Assembly (NCBI RefSeq): GCF_009914755.1
Contig: NC_060925.1
Source of the DNA: the human T2T-CHM13v2.0 reference genome, Homo sapiens
DNA length: 64,000 nucleotides
Reading direction: 5' to 3' (one strand)
Under the pieces are notes generated by a model, which was given only the letters and a program-made list of their open reading frames with translations, made no database searches and had not been told where the DNA came from. Of the stretch, positions 1 through 11,700 are shown in pieces. Made by a program: the position numbers and the translations under genes. Position 1 is the stretch's first letter. Each line of letters opens with the position of its first letter.

Positions 1-6
1 AATTGA

Positions 7-474
7 ATGGAATCGTCATCGAATGAATTGAATGCAATCATCGAATGGTCTCGAATGGAATCATCTTCTAATGGAAAGGAATGGAATCATCGCATAGAAT
101 CGAATGGAATTAACATTGAATGGACTCGAATGGAATCAACATCAAACGGAATCAAGCGGAATTATCGAATGGAATCGAAGAGAATCATCGAATGGACTCG
201 AATGGAATCATCTAATGGAATGGAATGGAATAATCCACGGACTCGAATGCAATCATCATCGTATAGAATCGAATGGAATCATCGAATGGACTCGAATGGA
301 ATAATCATTGAACGGAATCGAATGGAATCATCATCGGATGGAAACGAATGGAATCATCATCGAATGGAAATGAAAGGAGTCATCATCTAATGGAATTGCA
401 TGGAATCATCATAAAATGGAATCGAATGGAATCAACATCAAATGGAATCAAATGGAATCATTGAATGGAATTGA
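7..474 (+). repeat. Representative 468-bp module (type A1: TTCTAATGGAAAGG, ATTAACATTG, ATCAAGCGG, CCACGG, CGTATAG)
   Basis: Colinear with the A2 module but carries a linked set of substitutions. Seen at 7, 2250, 4490, 7001, 8775, 23274, 30464, 43799, 61809 and others, almost always directly after the core. Confidence 0.88.
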
Positions 475-2089
475 ATGGAATCGTCATCGAATGAATTGAA
501 TGCAATCATCGAATGGTCTCGAATGGAATCATCTTCAAATGGAATGGAATGGAATCATCGCATAGAATCGAATGGAATTATCATCGAATGGAATCGAATG
601 GAATCAACATCAAACGGAAAAAAACGGAATTATCGAATGGAATCGAAGAGAATCATCGAACGGACCCATATGGAATCATCTAATGGAATGGAATGGAATA
701 ATCCATGGACTCGAATGCAATCATCATCGAATGGAATCGAATGGAATCATCGAATGGACTCGAATGGAATAATCATTGAACGGAATCGAATGGAGTCATC
801 ATCGGATGGAAACGAATGGAATCATCATCGAATGGAAATGAATGGATTCATCATCTAATGGAATTGCATGGAATCATCATAAAATGGAATCGAATGGAAT
901 CAACATCAAATGGAATCAAATGGAATCATTGAACGGAATTGAATGGAATCGTCAACGAATGAATTGAATGCAATCATCGAATGGTCTCGAATGGAATCAT
1001 CTTCAAATGGAATGGAATGGAATCATCGCATAGAATCGAACGGAATTATCATCGAATGGAATCGAATGGAATCAACATCAAACGGAAAAATCGGAATTAT
1101 CGTATGGAATCGAAGAGAATCATCGAATGGACCCGAATGGAATCATCTAATGGAGTGGAATGGAATAATCCATGGACTCGAATCCAATCATCATCGAATG
1201 GAATCGAATTGAATCATCGAATGGACTCGAATGGAATAATCATCGAACGGAATCGAATGGAGTCATCATCGGATGGAAATGAATGGAATCATCATCGAAT
1301 GGAATCGAATAGAATTATGGAATGAAATCCAGTGTGATCATCATCGAATGGACCCTAATGGAATCATCATCCAATGGAAGCTAATGGAATCAACATCGAA
1401 TGAATCGAATGGAAACACCATCGAATTGAAACGAATGGAATTATCATGAAATTGAAATGGATGGACTCATCATCGAATGGATTCGAATGGAATCATCGAA
1501 TAAAATTGATTGAAATCATCAACAAATGGAATCGAATGGTATCATTGAATGGAATCGAATGGAATCATCATCAGATGGAAATGAATGGAATCGTCATAGA
1601 ATGGAATCGAATGGATTCATTGAATGGAATCAGATGGAATCATCGAATGGACTGGAATGGAATCATTGAATGGACTCGAAAGGATTAATTATTGAATGGA
1701 ATTGAATGGAATCATCGAATGGTCTCGATTGGAATCATTATCAAATGGAATCGAATGGAATCACAGAATAGAATCGAATGGAACAATCATCGAATGGACT
1801 CAAATGGAATTATCCTCAAATGGAATCGAATGGAAATATCGAATGCAATCGAATGGAATTATCGAATGCAATCGAATAGAATCATCGAATGGACTCGAAT
1901 GGAATCATCGAATGGAATGGAATGGAACAGTCAATGAACTCGAATGGAATCATCATTGAATGGAATCGAATGGAATCATCGAGTGGAATCGAATGGAATT
2001 ATGATCAAATGGAATCGAATGTAATCATCATCAAATGGAATCAAAAATAACCATCATCAATTGGTATTGAATGGAATTGTCATCAAATG

Positions 2090-2095
2090 GAATTC
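2090..2095. other. EcoRI site (GAATTC) that defines the unit, once per core; representative copy
   Basis: CATCAAATGGAATTCAAAGG occurs in every core tail (e.g. 2090, 10342, 11863, 15381, 16473). Extra variant sites occur at 6473, 13238 and 61258. Confidence 0.9.
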
Positions 2096-2224
2096 AAAGG
2101 AATCATCATCAAATGGAACCGAATGGAATCCTCATTGAATGGAAATGAAAGGGGTCATCATCTAATGGAATCGCATGGAATCATCATCAAATGGAATCGA
2201 ATGGAATCATCATCAAATGGAATC

Positions 2225-2235
2225 TAATGGAATCA
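2225..2235 (+). promoter_or_regulatory. Candidate DUX4-type site TAATGGAATCA (representative; about two per unit)
   Basis: Fits the degenerate double-homeodomain consensus TAAYBBAATCA; a second example is at 1382-1392. DUX4 is known to bind and induce HSATII. Occupancy of this array is not shown by the sequence. Confidence 0.4.
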
Positions 2236-5200
2236 TTGAACAGAATTGAATGGAATCGTCATCGAATGAATTGAATGCAATCATCGAATGGTCTCGAATG
2301 GAATCATCTTCTAATGGAAAGGAATGGAATCACCGCATAGAATCGAATGGAATTAACATTGAATGGACTCGAATGGAATCCACATCAAACGGAATCAAGC
2401 GGAATTATCGAATGGAATTGAAGAGAATCATCGAATGGACTCGAATGGAATCATCTAATGGAATGGAATGGAATAATCCACGGACTCGAATGCAATCATC
2501 ATCGTATAGAATCGAATGGAATCATTGAATGGACTCGAATGGAATAATCATTGAACGGAATCAAATGGAATCATCATCGGATGGAAACGAATGGAATCAT
2601 CATCGAATGGAAAAGAAAAGAGTCATCATCTAATGGAATTGCATGGAATCATCATAAAATTGAATCGAATGGAATCAACATCAAATGGAATCAAATGGAA
2701 TCATTGAACGGAATTAAATGGAATCGTCATCGAATGAATTGAATGCAATCATCGAATGGTCTCGAATGGAATCATCTTCTAATGGAAAGTAATGGAATCA
2801 TCGCATAGAATCGAATGGAATTAAAATTGAATGGACTCGAATGGAATCAACATCAAACGGAAAAAAACGGAAATATCGAATGGAATCGAAGAGAATCATC
2901 GAATGGACCCGAATGGAATCATCTAATGGAATGGAATGGAATAATCCATGGACTCGAATGCAATCATCATCGAATGGAATCGAATGGAATCATCGAATGG
3001 ACTCGAATGGAATAATCATTGAACGGAATCGAATGGAATCATCATGGGATGGAAACGAATGGAATCATCATCGAATGGAAATGAAAGGAGTCATGTAATG
3101 GAATTACATGGAAACATCATAAAATGGAATCGAATGGAATCAACATCAAATGGAATCCAATGGAATCATTGAACGGAATTGAATGAATCGTCATCGAATG
3201 AATTGAATGCAATCATCGAATGGGCTCGAATGGAATCATGTTCAAATGGAATGGAATGGAATCATCGCATAGAATCGAATGTAATTATCATCGAATGGAA
3301 TCGAATGAAATCAACAACAAACGGAAAAAAAAGGATTTATCGAATGGAATCAAAGAGAATCATCGAATGGACCCGAATGGAATCATCTAATGGAATGGAA
3401 TGGAATAATCCATGGACTCGAATGCAATCATCATCGAATGGAATCGAATGGAATCACCGAATGGACTCGAATGGAATAATCATTGAACGGAATCGAATGG
3501 AATCATCATCGGATGGAAATGAATGGAATCATCATCGAATGGAATCGAATAGAATTATGGAATGAAATCCAGTGTGTTCATCATCGAATGCACCCGAATG
3601 GAATCATCATCCAACGGAATCTAATGGAAACAACATCGAATGAATCGAATGGAAACACCATCGAATTGAAACGAGTGGAATTATCATGAAATTGAAATGG
3701 ATGGACTCATCATCGAATGGATTCGAATGGAATCATCGAATAAAATTGATTGAAATCATCATCAAATGGAATCGAATGGTATCATTGAATGGAATCGAAT
3801 GGAATCATCATCAGATGGAAATGAATGGAATCGTCATAGAATGGAATCGAATGGATTCATTGAATGGAATCAGATGGAATCATCGAATGGACTGGAATGG
3901 AATCATTGAATGGACTCGAGAGAGATCATTATTGAATGGAATTGAATGGAATCATGGAATGGTCTCGATTGGAATCATTATCAAATGGAATCGAATGGAA
4001 TCACCGAATAGAATCGAATGGAACAATCATCGAATGGACTCCAATGGAATTATCCTCAAATGGAATCGCATGGAATTATCGAATGAAATCGAATGGAATT
4101 ATCGAATGCAATCGAATAGAATCATCGAATGGACTCGAATGGAATCATCGAATGGAATGGAATGGAACAGTCAATGAACTCGAATGGAATCATCATTGAA
4201 TGGAATCGAATGGAATCATCGAGTGGAATCGAATGGAATTATGATCAAATGGAATCGAATGTAATCATCATCAAATGGAATCAAAGATAACCATCATCAA
4301 TTGGTATTGAATGGAATTGTCATCAAATGGAATTCAAAGGAATCAACACCAAATAGAACCGAAAGGAATCCTCATTGAATGGAAATGAAAGGGGTCATCA
4401 TCTAATGGAATCGCATGGAATCATCATCAAATGGAATCGAATGGAATCATCATCAGATGGAATCTAATGGAATCATTGAACAGAATTGAATGGAATCGTC
4501 ATCGAATGAATTGAATGCAATCATCGAATGGTCTCGAATGGAATCATCTTCTAATGGAAAGGAATGGAATCATCGCATAGAATCGAATGGAATTAACATT
4601 GAATGGACTCGAATGGAATCAACATCAAACGGAATCAAGCGGAATTATCGAATGGAATCGAAGAGAATCATCGAATGGACTCGAATGGAATCATCTAATG
4701 GAATGGAATGGAATAATCCACGGACTCGAATGCAACCACCATCGTATAGAATCGAATGGAAACATCGAATGGAATCATCGAATGGACTCGAATGGAATAA
4801 TCATTGAACGGAATCGAATGGAATCATCATCGGATGGAAACGAATGGAATCATCATCGAATGGAAATGAAAGGAGTCATCTAATGGAATTGCATGGAATC
4901 ATCATCAAATGGAATCGAATGGAATCAACATCAAATGGAATCAAATGGAATCATTGAACGGAATTGAATGGAATCGTCATCGAATGAATTGAATGCAATC
5001 ATCGAATGGTCTCGAATGGAATCATCTTCAAATGGAATGGAATGGAATCATCGCATAGAATCGAATGGAATTATCATCGAATGGAATCGAATGGAATCAA
5101 CATCAAACGGAAAAAAACGGAATTATCGAATGGAATCGAATGGAATCAACATCCAACGGAAAAAAACGGAATTATCGAATGGAATCGAAGAGAATCATCG

Positions 5201-5725
5201 AATGGACCCGAATGGAATCATCTAATGGAATGGAATGGAATAACCCATGGACTCGAATGCAATCATCATCGAATGGAATCGAATGGAATCATCGAATGGT
5301 CTCGAATGGAATCATCTTCAAATGGAATGGAATGGAATCATCGCATAGAATCGAATGGAATTATCATCGAATGGAATCGAAAGGTATCAACATCAAACGG
5401 AAAAAAACGGAATTATCGAATGGAATCGAAGAGAATCATCGAACGGACTCGAATGGAATCATCTAATGGAAAGGAAAGGAATAATCCATGGACTCGAATC
5501 CAATCATCATCGAATGGAATCGAATGGAATCATTGAAAGGACTCTAATGGAATAATCATTGAAGGGAATCGAATGGAATCATCATCGAATGGAAACTAAT
5601 GGAATCATAATCGAATGGAAATGAAAGGAGTCATCATCTAATGGAATTGCATGGAATCATCATAAAATGGAATCGAATGGAATCAACATCAAATGGAATG
5701 AAATGGAATCATTGAACGGAATTGA

Positions 5726-8700
5726 ATGGAATCTTCATTGAATGAAGTGAATGCAATCATCGAATGGTCTCGAATGGAATCATCTTCAAATGGAATGGAA
5801 TGGAATCATCGCATAGAATCGAATGGAATTATCATCAAATGGTATCAACATCAAACGGAAAAAAACGGAATTATCGAATGGAATCGAAGAGAATCATCGA
5901 ACGGACCCGAATGGAATCATCTAATGGAATGGAATGGAATAATCCATGGACTCGAATGCAATCATCATCGAATGGAATCGAGTGGAATCACCGAATGGAC
6001 TCGAATGGAATAATCATTGAACGGAATCGAATGGAATCATCATCGGATGGAAATGAATGGAATCATCATCGAATGGAATCGAATAGAATTATGGAATGAA
6101 ATCCAGTGTGATCATCATCGAATGGACCCGAATGGAATCATCATCCAACGGAAGCTAATGGAATCAACATCGAATGAATCGAATGGAAACACCATCGAAT
6201 TGAAACGAATGGAATTATCATGAAATTGAAATGGATGGACTCATCATCGAATGCATTCGAATTGAATCATCGCATAAAATTGATTGAAATCATCATCAAA
6301 TGGAATCGAATGGTATCATTGAATGGAATCGAATGGAATCATCATCAGATGGAAATGAATGGAATCGTCATAGAATGGAATCGAATGGATTCATTGAATG
6401 GAATCAGATGGAATCATCGAATGGACTGGAATGGAATCATTGAATGGACTCGAAAGGGATCATTATTGAATGGAATTCAATGGAATCATCGAATGGTCTC
6501 GATTGGAATCATTACCAAATGGAATCGAATGGAATCACCGAAAAGAATCGAATGGAACAATCATCGAATGGAGTCAAATGGAATTAACCTAAAATGGAAT
6601 CGAATGGAATTATCGAATGCACTCGAATGGAATTATCAAATGCATTCGAATAGAATCATCGAATGGACTCGAATGGAATCATCGAATGGAATGGAATGGA
6701 ACAGTCAGTGAACTCGAATGGTATCATCATTGAATGGAATCGAATGGAATTATGATCAAATGGAATCGAATGTAATCATCAACAAATGGAATCAAAAATA
6801 ACCATCATCAATTGGTATTGAATGGAATTGTCATCAAATGGAATTCAAAGGAATCATCATCAAATGGAACCGAATGCAATCCTCATTGAATGGAAATGAA
6901 AGGGGTCATCATCTAATGGAATCGCATGGAATCATCATCCAATGGAATCGAATGGAATCATCATCAAATGGAATCTAATGGAATCATTGAACAGAATTGA
7001 ATGGAATCGTCATCGAATGAATTGAATGCAATCATCGTATGGTCTCGAATGGAATCATCTTCTAATGGAAAGGAATGGAATCATCGCATAGAATCGAATG
7101 GAATTAACATTGAATGGACTCGAATGGAATCAACATCAAACGGAATCAAGCGGAATTATCGAATGGAATCGAAGAGAATCATCGAATGTACTCGAATGGA
7201 ATCTTCTAATGGAATGGATTGGAATAATCCACGGACTCGAATGCAATCATCAACGTATAGAATTGAATGGAATCATTGAATGGACTCGAATGGAATAATC
7301 ATTGAACTGAATCGAATGGAATCATCATCGAATGGAAACGAATGGAATCATCATCGAATGGAAATGAAAGGAGTCATCATCTAATGCAATTGCATGGAAT
7401 CATCATAAAATGGAATTGAATGGAATCAACATCAAATGGAATCAAATGGAATCATTGAACGGAATTGAATGGTATCGTCATCGAATGAATTGAATGCAAT
7501 CATCGAATGGTCTCGAATGGAATCATTTTCAAATGGAATGGAATGGAATCATCGCATAGAATCGAATGGAATTATCATCGAATGGAATCGAATGGAAACA
7601 ACATCAAACGGAAAAAAACGGATTATCGAATGGAATCGAAGAGAATCATCGAATGGACCCGAATGGAATCATCTAATGGAATGGAATGGAATAATCCATG
7701 GACTCTAATGCAATCATCATCAAATGGAATCGAATGGAATCATCGAATGGACTCGAATGGAATAATCATTGAACGGAATCAAAAGGAATCATCATCGGAT
7801 GGAAATGAATGGAATCATCATCGAATGGAATCGAATAGAATTATGGAATGAAATCCAGTGTGATCATCATCGAATGGACCCGAATGGAATCATCATCCAA
7901 CGGAAGCTAATGGAATCAACATCGAATGAATCGAATGGAAACACCATCGAATTGAAACGAATGGAATTATCATGAAATTGAAATGGATGGACTCATCATC
8001 GAATGGATTCGAATGGAATCATCGAATAAAATTGATTGAAATCATCATCAAATGGAATCGAATTGTATCATTGAATGGAAAGGAATGGAATCATCATCAG
8101 ATGGAAATGAATGGAATCGTCATAGAATGGAATCGAATGGATTCATTGAATGGAATCAGATGGAATCATCGAATGGACTGGAATGGAATCATTGAATGGA
8201 CTCGAAAGGGATCATGATTGAATGGAATTGAATGGAATCATCGAATGGTCTCGATTGGAATCATTATCAAATGGAATCGAATGGAATCACCGAATAGAAT
8301 CGAATGGAACAATCATCGCATGGACTCAAATGGAATTATCCTCAAAGGAATCGAATGGAATTATGGAATGCAATCGAATGGAATTATCGAATGCAATCGA
8401 ATAGAATCATCGAATGGACTCGAATGGAATCATCGAATGGAGTGGAATGGAACAGTCAGTGAACTCGAATGGAATCATCATTGAATGGACTCGAATGGAA
8501 TCATCGAGTGGAATCGAATGAAATTATGATCAAATGGAATCGAATGTTATCATCATCAAATGGAATCAAAAGTAACCATCATCAATTGCTATTGAATGGA
8601 ATTGTCATCAAATGGAATTCAAAGGAATCATCATCAAATGGAACCGAATGGAATCCTCATTGAATGGAAATGAAAGGGGTCATCATCTAATGGAATCGCA

Positions 8701-11700
8701 TGGAATCATCATCAAATGGAATCGAATGGAATCATCATCAAATGGAATCTAATGGAATCATGGAACAGAATTGAATGGAATCGTCATGGAATGATTTGAA
8801 TGCAATCATCGAATGGTCTCGAATGGAATCATCTTCTAATGGAAAGGAATGGAATCATCGCATAGAATGGAATGGAATTAACATTGAATGGACTCGAATG
8901 CAATCAACATCAAACGGAATCAAGCGGAATTATCGAATGGAATCGAAGAGAACCATCGAATGGACTCGAATGGAATCATCTCATGGAATGGAATGGAATA
9001 ATCCACGGACTCGAATGCAATCATCATCGTATAGAATCGAATGGAATCATCGAATGGACTCGAATGGAATAATCATTGAACGGAAACGAATGGAATCATC
9101 ATCGGATGGAAACGAATGGAATCATCATCGAATGGAAATGAAAGGGGTCATCATCTAATGGAATTGCATGGAATCATCATCAAATGGAATCGAATGGAAT
9201 CGTCATCGAATGAATTGAATGGAATCATCGAATGGTCTCGAATGGAATCATCTTCAAATGGAATGGAATGGAATCATCGCATAGAATCGAATGGAATTAT
9301 CATCGAATGGAATCGAATGGAATCAACATCAAACGGAAAAAAACGGAATTATCGAATGGAATCGAAGAGAATCATCGAATGGACCCGAATGGAATCATCT
9401 AATGGAATGGAATGGAATAATCTATGGACTCGAATGCAATCATCATCGAATGGAATCGAATGGAATCATCGAATGGACTCGAATGGAATAATCATTGAAC
9501 GGAATCGAATGGAATCATCATCGGATGGAAATGAATGGAATCATCATCGAATGGAATCGAATAGAATTATGGAATGAAATCCAGTGTGATCATCATCGAA
9601 TGGACCCGAATGGAATCATCATCCAACGGAAGCTAATGGAATCAACATCGAATGAATCGAATGGAAACACCATCGAATTGAAACGAATGGAATTATCATG
9701 AAATTGAAATGGATGGACTCATCATCGAATGGATTCGAATGGAATCATCGAATGAAATTGATTGAAATCATCATCAAATGGAATCGAATGGTATCATTGA
9801 ATGGAATCGAATGGAATCATCATCAGATGGAAATGAATGGAATCGTCATAGAATGGAATCGAATGGATTCATTGAATGGAATCAGATGGAATCATCGAAT
9901 GGACTGGAATGGAATCATTGAATGGACTCAAAAGGGATCATTATTGAATGGAATTGAATGGAATCATCGAATGGTCTCGATTGGAATCATTATCAAATGG
10001 AATCGAATGGAATCACGGAATAGAATCGAATGGAACAATCATCGAATGGACTCAAATGGAATTATCCTCAAATGGAATCGAATGGAATTATCGAATGCAA
10101 TCGAATGGAATTATCGAATGCAATCGAATAGAATCATCGAATGGACTCGAATGGAATCATCGAATGGAATGGAATGGAACAGTCAATGAACTCGAATGGA
10201 ATCATCATTGAATGGAATCGAATGGAATCATCGAGTGGAATCGAATGGAATTATGATCAAATGGAATCGAATGTAATCATCATCAAATGGAATCAAAAAT
10301 AACCATCATCAATTGGTATTGAATGGAATTGTCATCAAATGGAATTCAAAGGAATCATCATCAAATGGAACCGAATGGAATCCTCATTGAATGGAAATGA
10401 AAGGGGTCATCATCTAATGGAATCACATGGAATCATCATCAAATGGAATCGAATGGAATCATCATCAAATGGAATCTAATGGAATCATTGAACAGAATTG
10501 AATGGAATCGTCATCGAATGAATTGAATACAAACATCGAATGGTCTCGAATGCAATCATCTTCTAATGGAAAGGAATGGAATCATCGCATAGAATCGAAT
10601 GGAATTAACATTGAATGGACTCGAATGGAATCAACATCAAACGGAATCAAGCGGAATTATCGAATGTAATCGAAGAGAACCATCGAATGGACTCGAATGG
10701 AATCATCTAATGGAATGGAATGGAATAATCCACGTACTCGAATGCAATCATCATCGTATAGAATCGAATGGAATCATTGAATGGACTCGAATGGAATAAT
10801 CATTGAACGGAATCGAATGGAATCATCATCGGATGGAAACGAATGGAATTATCATCGAATGGAAATGAAAGGAGTCATCATCTAAGGGAATCGCATGGAA
10901 TCATCATAAAATGGAATCGAATGGAATCAACATCAAATGGAATCAAATGGAATCATTGAACGGAATTGAATGGAATCGTCATCGAATGAATTGAATGCAA
11001 TCATCGAATGGTCTCGAATGGAATCATCTTCAAATGGAATGGAATGGAATCATCGCATAGAATCGAATGGAATTATCATCGAATGGAATCGAAAGGTATC
11101 AACATCAAACGGAAAAAAACGGAATTATCGAATGGAATCGAAGAGAATCATCGAACGGACCCGAATGGAATCATCTCATGGAAAGGAATGGAATAATCCA
11201 TGGACTCGAATCCAATCATCATCGAATGGAATCGAATGGAATCATTGAAAGGACTCTAATGGAATAATCATTGAACGGAATCGAATGGAATCATCATCGA
11301 ATGGAAACTAATGGAATCATCATCGAATGGAAATGAAAGGAGTCATCATCTAATGGAATTGCATGGAATCATCATCAAATGGAATCGAATGGAATCAACA
11401 TCAAATGGAATGAAATGGAATCATTGAACGGAATTGAATGGAATCTTCATCGAATGAATTGAATGCAATCATCGAATGGTCTCGAATGGAATCATCTTCA
11501 AATGGAATGGAATGGAATCATCGCATAGAATCGAATGGAATTATCATCAAATGGTATCAACATCAAACGGAAAAAAACGGAATTATCGAATGGAATCGAA
11601 GAGAATCATCGAACGGACCCGAATGGAATCATCTAATGGAATGGAATGGAATAATCCATGGACTCGAATGCAATCATCATCGAATGGAATCGAGTGGAAT

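Larger units (their letters stand above)
1446..3685 (+). repeat. Representative ~2.24-kb unit variant (core + 3 modules)
   Basis: Landmark spacing is 2240 bp. Similar spacings of 2254, 2217, 2240, 2234, 2233, 2243, 2267 and 2241 occur elsewhere, each about 1776+468. Confidence 0.9.

Noticed and set aside
1498-1506. AATAAA polyadenylation-like hexamer in each core (CGAATAAAATTG)
   Set aside because: Expected by chance in A-rich repeat. There is no GU-rich downstream element or transcript evidence.
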